Origin: Bugula neritina
Lineage: Eukaryota > Animalia > Bryozoa
Assembly (NCBI GenBank): GCA_964035545.1
Contig: OZ037770.1
Span: 9,244,973-9,308,972, forward strand
Length of the DNA: 64,000 nucleotides
Direction of reading: 5' to 3'
Shown in pieces: positions 51,189 through 64,000 of this stretch. Both the position numbers and the translations under genes were made by a program. A model generated the notes under the pieces. It was not told where the DNA came from and did no database searches. It saw nothing but the letters and a program-made list of their open reading frames with translations. Every line of letters starts with the position of its first letter. Positions within the stretch are counted from its first letter, which is position 1.

Positions 51189-54100
51189 ATGTTCATGATG
51201 CGAGTTAGTAATGAGTACAGACAACTTCATCAGCTGGTCCTTCAGGGAAACCAGGAGAAATACGCCAGCACATTGAGGAGGCTGTCACAAACAAACAGAG
51301 TTGAGGTTCTTTGTGAAGGAGACGATGTTGGTAACACAGTTATCCATTGGGCGGTCGTTCAAGGACAACTGGGGGTCATTAGCTATACGGCTCAACTGGT
51401 CACCGGCTCAGATCTATATAAAGTTTTAATGATGCAGAATAAAGCAGGATCGACAGCTGTACACATCGCTGTTCATGATGGGAAAACCGAGATTTTAAAC
51501 GAAATAATAAATTCTTTGCTGCCAGATGATTTGTTTACGCTGCTGTCATTTCAAGACCAGGAAGGTAAAACACCTGTTCACATCGCTGTGGGCCAGAACT
51601 TACCAGAAGAGCTGGAGTTTATGTTGAGCTCTTTGAAACCCTTCCAATGTATGAAAGTGCTCATGATGACCAACAACGAAGAAGATAGGGGGTTAGACAT
51701 TGCTCAGTCAGCTGGGTACACTGATTGTGTTAACTATATACATAAAATTAGAGATTCTTCAACAGAAGTCAAGAAAGGTACAAAATCAAACATCAACTTT
51801 TTATAACTCATTAAACTTCAAACGAAAATTTATGATTTAAAATACTTTTCTGAAAAATTTATACATGCAGTTAGGGTTTGTTTTAAACATGGGGCAATAT
51901 CTTTGATTTATAAAAATATTTATTATGTTTGTTTTTCTCTCTCTTTAAGCTAATAATCATGTTTCTTTTTAATTTCAATATGAAGATATTGATGACAATT
52001 TGCATGATATATAGCTTAGACAATTCATGCGCAACAAACAAACAGTGTCATGTGTGGACAAATATCTAAATAGATGTTTATATGTGTATAAAGGTGCATA
52101 ATATGTAAACAAAGGTTTATATATTATATGTAAGTAGATATGCAGATGTAAGTTCAGTTATAGCATTGTCTATTTATATACAGTCATAGTTTGTGTTGAT
52201 CCTTTTACCTACGTAGGTCAAAGTTCAAACAAACCAGTCTTTAAGAGAAAAGAATCCAAGTTTGATGCGAAAGGAATACCAAAAAGTAAGTCTACAATTA
52301 ACATTAACAGTATTAGAAAATATTTATTGTGCATAACGTCACACTGTCATCAAATAAGAAACACATTTTTTGATCACTATAATCATATTAGTAATTAAAA
52401 TTTTTCACCTTTTTCACCTATATCCGCTTTAAATCCTTTAAGTCATGTTTGGGTAGCGAATATTATTATTTGAAATTACATTGAATAATATTATATTATT
52501 ATTATATAATGATAATAATATAATACTATATTAGATTGAATATTTAGTTACTATGTCTTATTGTATCTGAATATTAGCGCTAATTTGGTGTTCTATCAGG
52601 TAACCATTACATGCTGCAGTACATTGTAGATTTTGAAAATCTGAAAATTCTAAGGAAGATAGGATTTGGTAAAGAATGCATTGTCTATGAGGGGACCTGT
52701 GCCACCGTCCCAATAGCAATCAAATGTTTCACAGGCTTCATTATCTCAACAGAGGGCATGGATCAGCTGAGAGATTGTGATATACTGAGGTATGTAGGCC
52801 ACATTGCATGCATGGGTATTGAAATGCATAACCTGAAAATTCAACAGTTTCAATTTTATAAAATTTGTTGTATTAATTTTAGTGAATTTTTAAAACAAAA
52901 ACTCAACTTGTTTCTTTCTTTCAACAGTAACATATCTTTCAACTCCTAGTGGTGGGTCTGAAAACTAAAACAACCTCTAATGGCTATAGTAGAGCCATGA
53001 ACAGTATTGTAAATTTTTCTAGCAAATTAACACTTCTACGTATTCAGCGCCAAGTATGTCCAGATTTTGTGACTTTGCATTGCTAAGGTCACTACGCCAT
53101 GAGAATCTAGTGCACTTCTTTGGCATAGCACAGCTAGATAAGGGACTGAGTCTAATAATGGAGCTGTGTGATACTGACCTTTACACATTGTCACAGCTAC
53201 CCGGCACTGGAGACAACGAGAAGGTGAAATATAGTTTCTTTCAAATATATTCCGTATATATTCTAGCCATCTCAGCCTAAAGGCCTGGCCTCACACTTAA
53301 TGTGAGAATCACACAGAATCGTGTGATTATTTTCATGAGTTATCCTCTCGTTATGACCAGCCACACACTCGTCGGATGAAACACATAATAAATAGTCCGT
53401 GAATGCGTCTTACAAACAGCAGAAAATTGCCAGACACAGAAACATGGTAGAAATGAAATAATCACTGATGCTAAAATTCTATTGACCAATCAAATGGTGC
53501 TCATTGTCACTTTCGCTTTTTCGTCCGTCGTCTTCCGTGAATGCACCCAGCTATCACGATTTTGTATGAATTCCCTCAAATTTGATGGTATGTTTGTGTT
53601 TTCGTGTCAAATAGACGATTTCGTGTAATTCTTACGAGTGTGTGGCCAGGCCTTTACTGTTGAATATTGCCAGCTTTATTGTTTTAGTTTTTTCTACGCA
53701 GGTTCTATGTTGTACTATCATATTTAATATTGAATGCAGCATTTTGCAAGGTTAATTAGAGCTTGAAATTGCATTGGAATAGGCTACATTGTGAAAAAAT
53801 TTACGTATAATGGAAGATATATGCTTTGGCTTGTTTACTCCCTATAGTTGCCCATTTTTATTATTTAAAACCATCAACAAACATCCATCAATCTAATTGA
53901 ATGTCATGACACTACAAGCGTATCAATAGATATTTACTTTAATGCCCAAACATATAATCTCTATATTATATTGTCTGCAAAATTGTTGCTATGTTCATTA
54001 TAAAATATAGATTTTTAGCTTTCAGAAAGCGTTTCTGTTTCGTGGCAATAACCTGTAATAGTTTTAAAGAATTGATTGTATATTCTTGGTTGCTAGAACA

Positions 54101-56798
54101 AAAATCAATATATATTAAGTTTTCCAGACTGCAAATTCATTTCTAAGTAATCTTTGCTTTATAAGGTAAATCTTGTAAAATAGTACTCAATCAGCTGCTG
54201 GAAGTTAATTAAAACCTTTAATTACCTACTAATGACCCTGACAGACAAATAGCCTACAGCTTGAGTTGGTTTGAAGGTTGTGTATTATTAGTAGTTGCAG
54301 CAATTCTTTTCATACTGAAAATGTATTTTTCTAAAATATGAGCATTTTCTAATTTAGCTTAAAGTTATTTTTATGCTTGAGCTAATTTGAGGGATTAAAA
54401 AGTTTCAGTAAGGTTTGTCTTTCCTTAGCCCATCGATCATAATACTGATACAGTTTCATTGAGCATGTGTCATATAATAATAAAATATCCGACCTTTAAA
54501 TATTTTGCATATTTTTCTGTTAAATGAGATATTGTCTATAAAACAAAAATTGCTGCATTATAATATGTATTTATGTAATTATTATATATACAATTTCAAT
54601 TACAGTACAGATTCTAATATTTCTTGTATTTTCTCTTCTTGAAAAAATCTCAAAACTGGTTTTTTTTACAATAAATTGAATAACTATATTTTTAAGTTGA
54701 ACAAAAAGCATTTTTTATATTATATAAAGAGAAACTTAGCAAACCACAAATACCACATTATACAATTTTAAAAATTTATTAATATAAATAATGCATTATT
54801 AATGCAATAATGAATTATTTCTCTTTATTGGTCGAAAATAGTCAATTAGTGAGAATTCTATTGGTATAATGAATAACTTGCGTGTATTTTAGCCTACTAA
54901 ACGTGGATTCATGAAACTTATTAAAGATACTCTGCATGGTTTGATATACCTCCACAGCAAGGATATTGTACACATGGACATTCGACCAAACAAGATTTTG
55001 GTGAGTGCTGTTTTAAAAATTAGTCATGCGTAACTTTTCAATTCTAATAAAAAATTTTAAACTCTGGCATGGTGTTACCAAATCTGTAGATAAAATCTGG
55101 GACAGCTAAACTCACAGACTTTGGGATATCTGTTCTGGCAGACGATGATGTCCAGCTTATCGAGCAGCTGATTTCTACAGGTTGGTGAGATGACATAAAC
55201 AACAGCTGAATGATTTGGGGCGAAGTTGAGATTAAAATAAAGAGTGTATAAGTCAATCAGATTAGTTTTAGGGTCATTTCGAATTCTCTATGGAATTCAA
55301 TGGGAAGAAAGTGAGTTAATACGTAGATGAGCCCCGTAGGCTGTGAATAGGGAATCGAAAATATTATAATTTATATTGCCCAATTGTAAAGGTTTACCCA
55401 TTTATACTATCCAATAGGAATGTTGATAAGTTTCTGGCACCGAATGACGCAATAAATTAAAAATATTAGCGGTAAATAGACTGATAATTATGCTCAGCAT
55501 TAACTCAGTGACTCTCATTAACTCACTCAAAATATTGCATGGTGAAGGGTTAGAGTTTTCAGAATCAAAATAGAAATATTGAAAGAGCTAGTAACTGTAC
55601 AATTAATTCATTCAGTGTTATAACTATAAAATGAGCATATATATTGGTTGATGGTGTTTTGTATAAAATTTCAGGATCACATATGTATACAGCTCCAGAA
55701 TTAATAGACCAAGTTCTTCCCACGAAGGACTCTGATATGTGGGCTATTGGAATAACAGCCTTAGAAGTCATGACTGGTGAGTCTTCAGTCTATACATATA
55801 AAAATGGAAAGTATAAGTATGTACAATACGTATTGTGTGAGTATAGTTTTTAATCTAACATAAATTGTTTTATTACATGTTCAACTTTGTTTACGATTCA
55901 ATGTTGTCTAACTTTTAAGCTTGAAAGCTAACTTTTGCAACAAACACCATGGAAAGTGAAACTGAAAAATCTCATTAATAGACTAGCTGGTCTGAAGTCA
56001 TAACTTCTGCAAGTTCTATTGGAAAAGAATGTTAAAAGCTGCATGTCCCATTTATATTAATACAGGCTACTATCACTTCGTTTCCATTGCTTTGCATGAT
56101 ATATTGAATGGATTTTTAATCGATGTTTGACAAGTTGCAACTGTAAAGTTGCGTTTATATGATATAAACGTTTATACGATATAAAATCGTGAAGGTATAA
56201 ACGCAACTTAAGTTAACGCAAACAGCAACCAGTAACAGCGATCCATTTGAAGCAATAGAATTGCAGTGTATAACTGTAAGCTCAGGAAGTAAGATGGCTT
56301 GTTGAGTATTATGCAATATATTACACATGGTTCCATAGCATAGACGCACTGGGGAGAGGGTGGGGAATCTTCCAATTGAATAGACAAAACTGAAACTGAT
56401 TTAAAACTAAAAGTCAGTCAATAAGTATTTGAATGAAAATTCGGGCTATAATATGATATGATGCAAAAGTACATTATTCACGTGAATAATACAACTATAA
56501 ACACATTATATTTTAATATATATGACATAATATTGTAATTTAAAACTAGGTTATGTATAAAATCGTAAATATGAGAAAATTGTGAACAATTTCAGGACAC
56601 CCAGCATACTTTGAAGTTAAGCTCTGGAAAGGAAAGCTGACCCCATCAGCTTTATTAAAAGGTCACCTGCCCTCTGCTCTGAGCTACTTGAAGGAGAGAA
56701 ACCAGAAGATTTTCAGAAATGTTTTGCAGCTCAAACCAGATGGTAGATCTTCAGCAGCAAAGTGGTTGGCCCGGATCCATGACTACAGTTTTGATTAA
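51189..56798 (+). CDS. Ankyrin-repeat protein with C-terminal kinase domain (probable pseudokinase)
   Basis: Exons 51189-51777, 52217-52285, 52600-52789, 53088-53223, 54893-55000, 55090-55180, 55675-55776, 56596-56798 are in frame. ANK motifs GNTVIHWAV, GSTAVHIAV, GKTPVHIAV. Kinase motifs IGFGKEC, IAIK, LRHENLV, LIMELC, HMDIRPNK, DFG, YTAPE, DMWAIG. Confidence 0.88.
53280..53654. mobile_element. TA-flanked MITE (family C)
   Basis: Inverted ends aaggcctggcc(t)cacac / gtgtgtggccaggcctt, with TA on both sides. Confidence 0.75.
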
Positions 56799-58679
56799 TT
56801 ACACTGTTGAAAAAAACGTACCTAGTATTTAAATGTTGTCCCTGCATACTGTAAATGTGAGTACAATTTCCAGATACTGTTTACAAGGTGATCACTTTTA
56901 ACAACATTTAATGGAACCAATTCATGTGAGAAAATAGTTTTAGTTAGAAACACACAATATATTATTGTATTTTGAATATTATAATTTATAATGGGTTCAT
57001 TATAGATCCTTTTTAATAGTTTCCAAAAGATGTATTTTTTTGTGTTATTCAATCGACATGTTTGGCAATAATGACTGAAACAGTGAATTTTACCCTTTAT
57101 TTGCTTTATTATAATAAGGGCGCTTTCGGATTCCCTACTCGTAGGGGTAACTTAAAAAGCTGCTGCATAATCACAGGTTACAAAATTATAGCATTATAAG
57201 CAGAACTAGAATAGTATAATACAGCAGAACATAATGTCTAGTTTGAGGAAGTGCTAGAGTTATGCTGCATGCATTCAAATTTATTAGTTGCAAGAATCTT
57301 TGCATCACGATCATTATGATTTTTTTAAAATAATCTAAAGCTATAGCTAATATATCTAAATCGAGCTGATAAGTAATATTGTTTTCATAAATTTATTATT
57401 TACCATAATGTTTACTACCTAAAATATGCTAGAAGACACACAGTTATGCAACAGTTTCACTGGTTTTAAACAAAATATTTTTAAAATGTGCACAAGTCAA
57501 AGAACATTTTGTCTAGAGAACAAGATGTCTCAGCTTGTGCAAGGAAACACTACCATAATTACAAATCCACAACACTTTTGATTGGCATTTATTTTGCCAG
57601 TAGCTCCTGAAAGGTTGCCAATTTTTATAGTGAATGCTGAGAATTTGAGAAAAACCCATAACTTATTCTCACAATTTTTAGTTTGACATCTGGCTTAAAC
57701 TTGCAATTATTTAAAACCCCTTTACAGCAAATATATTTGAATAAGAGTACTTTAAGCTCTGGAAACTTGAATTGTCATAAACAAACCTCAAAGAGTTTAA
57801 TGCTAAAACAAGGGTTGCATTTAATAGCTGGTATACTATGCTTTGTGAGGTATTCTTTCAGAGTTGTGCTCCCACTCAGTTAGAATACTGGAACGTTGAT
57901 AGGACTACTGAACTAGAAATAATTCTCTCCAGTACATTGGTTAGGACTACGTATCATTTTCAATAATAAGACTAGCAAGATTAAAACTAATAGTGCACTA
58001 CCACATCCCTTTTTTCAATAATTAGTTGCATTTTGTTGGCTAGCTATAATGCACCCATGCAAGTCTTAAGGAAATTTGATATTTTTGTTGGAAATGTTAA
58101 CCCTTATAGACTATACTTACAACCAGAAAAAATACATTAGTGCAATGTGTCCTGTATTTCTAACAATTCAGGTTATAAAATTGCTGCATTATTTGATTAA
58201 AGCTTCTTTTTAATAGTTAGCTCACATGTATTATAACACAGTTTTTATTCTGCATAGATGACATTTTAATATAATATTATAATTTATAGACAAATACAGA
58301 TATTCTTATTTTCTTTACAATGATTAAGTCTCCATTATAACCAAACTTAACCATTGCCATAGGCGACTTTTCATAAAAATGTTTACAGGGTGTCATCCCC
58401 TCCACCCTCAATATCTTAACTATTATGAGTAAGTATCTCACCTAACAATACCAGCTGTTGGTAATTGATTATTAATTATACCTCATGCAACTACTGTTTG
58501 AGTGAGCCAACATAAAAGCTTTTTGCTGGAGTATTATTAAGTAAAGTTTTAATTATAATATGCTTATATCAAACATAACGTGGTAGAACAACCTAATATC
58601 TTAAACAATGCAGTTCATATTAATTTTTCGCAGATAGGGAAATGAGCACATATATCATAATAGCATAGTTGACTGGCTA

Positions 58680-59025
58680 AGCCTAGGGCCACACTGTGCG
58701 TATTTTCGCATGCGAAGATTGAAACCACAAGTAGCAAAGGTGTCCACTGTAGCGTCAGTGATGCGTGATAAATAAAGCTTTCATTTTTAAATCGCACTCG
58801 CTTTCAATAAAACGCAATTTACTGGAATATAGCACTAAATTAAAGAAATTGGGCTCGCTGAATAGCTACCAGCCAATTAGGTGACGACGACAGAGACGAT
58901 TCGCACTTGCGTTGAGAATGCAGAGCGACAGGTGCGAAGGTTTTCTCAACGCGCACAGTGGACACCTTTGCTACTTGTGATTTCAATTTTCGCATGCGAA
59001 AATACGCACCGTGTGGCCCTAGGCT
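58680..59025. mobile_element. TA-flanked MITE (family B), second copy
   Basis: Near-identical reverse complement of 24160-24504. Confidence 0.92.
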
Positions 59026-59967
59026 TATAACTTGGATTTCCCCATTCTCCTTAACGATTTGTCATTTCAACAATAATATACTTGTAGTGAGCAATTATGT
59101 TCCAAAAAGCAAGTTAACTGATGTGGCAATGGATATGATACTGCTATCACAGTGAGCTCTAACAGTGTAAATACTTCATCCAGCACAGTAGCATCTTCTT
59201 AGTGTGGCCAGGCCCCTATAACTAGGCTGTAGACTGTTGAAGGCAAAGAAAAACGAGGTAGATGCAGTAACGGAGAAGTTTAGAGAAGCCTGTTTTCTAA
59301 ATTAGAAATGTAACAAAAGAAGTTATGTTCGAGCAATAATTTAACTGCACCCCAAACCAAAACTAAATACGAAATTTAAAGAACTTAGGCTATCTCAATT
59401 TCTCCACTACTGCTCCTAAATGAGAAAATCTACCAGCCAGACTACAATTCAGATTTATTGTTGAAAGAGACAAGATAGTTTAAATTATATTATGATAATA
59501 AACATATGCTTTCGATACTAGCAACTGATAGCATACGTTGCAACAACAAACAACGCAGAAAAACAACTTTTAGGAGTATTCATCAATAACAAGAAGCCAA
59601 ACACGGGCTACAGCATACTCGAAAATGAATTACTACAGAAAAACAAATTAATAACAACTTTGAAGAGTTGTAAAGTATTTGAAATAATACAAACTATCGA
59701 CTATATTACACTCGAGTATATAAAACTCAGGAATTGTCTGCTCCATATGTTCTAATTGTAGAGAAACAGCACACATGACTAGTTTATCTGTCCAATGTCA
59801 CTTATAAAGAATGAACGGTTAACTAACGGACACATTTTTATATATAGTTATATTCACACACTTCACATATCACGAAATAATTTAACAACTTTGCCAAGTC
59901 AACAAATAATAAACGCACCATCATCTATCATATCACAGAAGTCATATTAATAACTATTTGTGGTTCA

Positions 59968-62342
59968 TCAAATTTTTTTGTATTTCAGCAACAACACCAC
60001 ACCTATAATGATGCCGGTGAGAGCACCTGCGGCAGCTACGGCGACTGGGTTATCGTAAAGGGACTGTGAGATACTATCTAGTACAGAGGCAGCACGAGAA
60101 GGAGTACTGTCAGCAGGAGGGTATGATATGTTGATTTGAGATACGACTGGAGTGCCTGGAGAGAGAAACTCTTCATCCGAATCACTCTCTTCACTGTCGG
60201 AAGTTATCAGTCTATACTCTCTGTTGGTTCTCACAGTAGCCATCTACAAGAGCAAAAGTATCATAAACTCACACGTTTATAGTCGTGAGAAAACCCTGAT
60301 GGAAAGGGTTTTTGTTAAATTGGGCCAAGGACTTATTAAGATGGGACACAAGAGTAAATATAACTGGATGCTCTTCCTAACATCACCAATGGCCTTTGTC
60401 GGGCTCAGACTCATGACTTTGTGCTTACTAGGCAAACGCTCTAACCCCTAGACCACGGCTGCTACTTGAGCAAAGGTATCAGATAAATCACAACTCACCA
60501 AGTCTCAACTACAGGAAGTCTTCCAACTACAAGAAGTCTCCGAGCCAGTTTATTACCTAGCTTCTAGAGTCTAGACCGATGACACTAATGTATGTGCTGA
60601 TAAACACCTTCACCATTTCAGTTAGAAATTCAATTTGGCCTAGTTGAAAATTTTACTGAGTTGCATTGCATTGTGAAAGCCACTTGTCAAATTTTTGACT
60701 TGTGATCACTTAATTTCAGATTACAAATCAAAGGGAATGACAACTCCTTGTAGATATCAGTATTTAATTATGACTTTGGTGACTAGATGACTTACTTAAA
60801 GTGTGTTAAATAAAGTTGCAGCTATTTAAGTAAATATCGGCTGCCTTTCTCAATTATTCATTTTATGCTGTTAATTATTGCGTTTTCAAAGGGCATCAAA
60901 TAGCGATTAAGGGAACGTCATATTTTACTATTAGAAAGTGAGCTTCCGCATCACTAGGGTTTAAACATTTTTCAGTAAAACTATAAAGGGGTACTCCGTA
61001 CTCATAATATTAACTGTAAAACTCAATACTTTTTTCAGCAAAGGTATAAACGCACCATAAGTCATAAAGCCCTAGCAAGTGCAAACTACATACACCCACC
61101 AGTATTGTGAAAAGATTACAAGTACAAGTTTAGAATTGCATCCACTAGCCTAATCTCCATTAACGGAGAAATAATGTCAATTGAAATTCTAATTATATCA
61201 CAAGATAGCATCAAACAACTAACATAATATACTGGGAAATCCCTGTGTTTTACAGATAGCCTACTATAACAGCTACATTGTAACATCCTCCCAATAGTAG
61301 GGTTACCAGCAAAACTAGTCATCAAACAGGATACTATTTAGTCATACTAGTTGCTGGCTGTGTGGGTTAGTTCTATGTTATATCAAGTAATACCACCAGA
61401 CTGTGCTAACTACTGCCTATGACCTAAGGTGCAAGTATGATACATTTCTATAGAATGATAACTATATGAACACAATGTACTGTGACTAAACTTATTGAGG
61501 CGTTGTTTAAATCCCTTCTGCTAAATTCACTGTCTACTAAATCTAGTCAATACTAAAGTCCACATGCAGCTATTGCAAAGGTCAGTGGAGTGAAGTAGGT
61601 AACAGATTTGCCAAAGAAATTACAAAATATCTGATTAATTAGCCAATAGCCTTTAGTAGCAAACTAGCAGTTCAACTTTCAGATATACTGTATGATTTAA
61701 TTGCCATTTATAAAACAATATAAATGTATTTTAATAGCAAGAATTGTCAGAAAGACTACATTTTCAATTATTAAGTTGTGCACTTCATTAATCTGATAGT
61801 AGATAAAATTTACTCACAGCTTCTAGATTAACTTCACTGCTGGGAGTCATATGTATAGCAGGTGTCACATGAGAGCTGGTGTGAGCAGGTGTCACCTGAG
61901 ATCTGGTGTCAGCAGGTGTCACATTAGAGCTGGTATTATCAGATGTCACATTAGAGCAGGCATCAGCAGGTGTCACATTAGAGCTGGTGTCAGCAGGTGT
62001 CACATTAGAGCTGGCGTCAGCAGGTGTCACATTAGAGCTGGCGTCAGCAGGTGTCACATTAGAGCTGGCGTCAGCAGGTGTCACATTAGAGCTGGCGTCA
62101 GCAGGTGTCACATTAGAGCTGGCGTCAGCAGGTGTCACATTAGAGCTGGCGTCAGCAGGTGTCACATTAGAGCTGGCGTCAGCAGGTGTCAAATTAGAGC
62201 TGGTGTCAGTAGGTGTCACATGAGAGCTGGTGTCAGCAGGTATCACATTAGAGCTGGTGTCAGCGGACATCTCTTTCTCATCATTATCAGACACTCTCAG
62301 ATGAGCGCTGTTAGCAGGTGCTTTCTTGGTGACATCAGCCAT
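59968..62342 (-). CDS. Putative tail-anchored membrane protein with Ser/Thr/Pro-rich 9-aa repeats
   Basis: Exons 61818-62342 (ATG after an acceptor at ~62366; phase-0 donor gtgagt) and 59968-60243 (acceptor cttgtag, phase 0). C-terminal hydrophobic VAVAAAGALTGIIIGVVLLL then KYKKI*. The join between the exons is inferred. Confidence 0.6.
60264..60467 (-). mobile_element. tRNA-derived SINE, copy 3
   Basis: Homologous to the other copies; TSD gagcaaa(a/g)gtatca. Confidence 0.85.
61857..62265 (-). repeat. Coding 27-bp tandem repeat, about 15 copies (SSNVTPADA)
   Basis: Unit agcaggtgtcacattagagctggcgtc. Confidence 0.95.
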
Positions 62343-63318
62343 TTTATCGGACTTTCTTTGAACTCTGCAATCAAGTGTAACAATGATTGCCATTAGAAAA
62401 TCAGATGTAAGAGAATTAACTGTAGGCTACACCCAGTAACAGGAGCCATGCAAGCCTACTCATACTCTATCATATGGATAACAAAGCAGCAGAAAATTGA
62501 CTTCACTAGTGCAGTACAAAGCAAATTTAATATATAATATCTTTAGTATAAATTTTGCTACAGAATTTCACAAAATATAATCAGTAAGTTATTGTGAAAA
62601 CATAAAACAGCAGAAAAGCAGCAGAGAGTCATTTAAATGATCAATTCTGAGGTTTGAGCTTCTTTGACCACTAATTGGCAATACAATTCCAGCCAATAAT
62701 GTGATTTTAGCAACTACTACGCTGTGGTATAGCAGAATCTTGACAAGAGAAATCATGGCAGAAAGAAAAACCTGAGATCTAAATGATACAATCTAGTATA
62801 CTCACTGACTAGCGTGCAGCTACTTGTAACAAACTTAACACAAATGAAACACTCATTGATAGCCAGTATAAATAGTATATCATCTACTACATCGCGGAAT
62901 GTCTACTTTACAGCATGGTGTTTATTCTATTATATACTGAAAGTAACGCCTGGATGATTATGTATTTCACGGCTGACTACCTCCACAAACGTCTTGGTTT
63001 ATAATTACTAAGCTCAAGTGTTAGTAAATGATGGCAGTTTGCAAATGAAAACAAGTTTATTCATTTAGCATTAAGAAAATGGGGCAACTCCGAAATACCT
63101 AACAATAGTGTATTAAAAGAAGAGATCCCAAGTGTTTGCAATGAGATTACAGAAAGAGAGTAAAATACTGCAACAAAGTATGAAATTCAGAATTTTTATT
63201 TGCAACCAGCTTCTTTTCTGATAATATCTAATGCACCAAAGTGACATGAAATAACTGGTGATGGCATGTGACATGAAATAACTGGTGATGGCAGGTACAG
63301 CTTTTTCATTGCTTAGAC

Positions 63319-63649
63319 CAGGGGTGTCCAACCTTTTCAGAGCAAGGGCCACTGAAAAGGAATATTTCATGGCGAGGGCCACTTTGCAAGCTTTAGATCA
63401 CTCTGGGGGCCCCAGCATTGTTCAAATTACTTTATTCCAAATTCTTATGAATCATTGCACAATAAAGTCCCAATGACGGCATGTTTTGTAGCTTGTGTAT
63501 AAATAAGATATTTAAATGGTGGTTGTTCACTCTAACTCATGTATATCAAGTGTGAAACTTAATTTTAGTTTTATGCCTTTGAGGGCCACATAAATGTAGG
63601 TGGGGGGGGGGGCACATTCGACCCTGGGGCCGCCTGTTGAACAGCCCTG
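63319..63649. mobile_element. hAT-type MITE (family A), best-preserved copy
   Basis: Ends caggggtgtccaa/ttgaacagccctg; perfect 8-bp TSD gcttagac. Confidence 0.92.
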
Positions 63650-64000
63650 GCTTAGACCGACCAATAACAGACTGTTTGACACTTCATCTAGGGCAACATA
63701 CTATTCAGCAAGCCTATATACCTGTTTTACTAAACAAAACCGGAGAGCACAACTCCAAAGAGCACAATTAACCAGGCTTAACAAGAAGGCTGCACTATGG
63801 TGTGTCTTGAAGCTATTATTCCTTATAGAAACTTCTGGAAGAAATTGTGACCAGAATATATTAAGTTGGTGGTTGACTGCATCATCTGTATTATACGTAC
63901 ATAGATTCAATGGCTACACACTCAATAAACTATCATTTGTCCTGCAGTAATAGCTAAAGCATGAAATATTTGCTAGTTCTAAGTTGAATCATTTCATGGT

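Noticed and set aside
61851-62396. Plus-strand repeat ORFs (RCHIRAGVS, AGVTLELAS)
   Set aside because: Antisense readings of the 27-bp repeat; splice signals support the minus strand.
63147-63885. Possible terminal exons of a minus-strand gene entering from the right edge
   Set aside because: Plausible splice sites at 63722 and 63885, but no recognisable product and not enough context.

Overview
AT-rich, intron-containing animal (invertebrate-type) genomic DNA; the species cannot be determined from the window. I hand-spliced six host genes with consistent GT-AG phases: (1) the 3' end of a SETD4-like methyltransferase (+, 51-2036); (2) a 517-aa protein with a C-terminal C19orf81/DUF4732-like domain (-, 2597-16784); (3, 4) two tandem 11-exon paralogs encoding secreted ~410-aa proteins with two IL-1-like beta-trefoil repeats (-, 17998-25132 and 28189-40273); (5) an ankyrin-repeat plus probable pseudokinase gene (+, 51189-56798); (6) a tail-anchored protein with a 9-aa repeat (-, 59968-62342). 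Mobile DNA: two 5'-truncated Penelope-like elements with inverted pseudo-LTRs and minimal hammerhead ribozymes, plus a non-autonomous TIR element, all lying side by side in one (TA)n tract; a complete young Ty3/Gypsy element with a -1 frameshift signal and an extra zinc-finger ORF; tRNA-derived SINEs; and hAT-, Mutator- and TA-type MITEs. The best lead is the secreted double IL-1-like cytokine candidate pair. Next are the tandem repeats seeded on splice junctions and the Gypsy accessory ORF. All protein family calls come from remembered motifs, not database searches.
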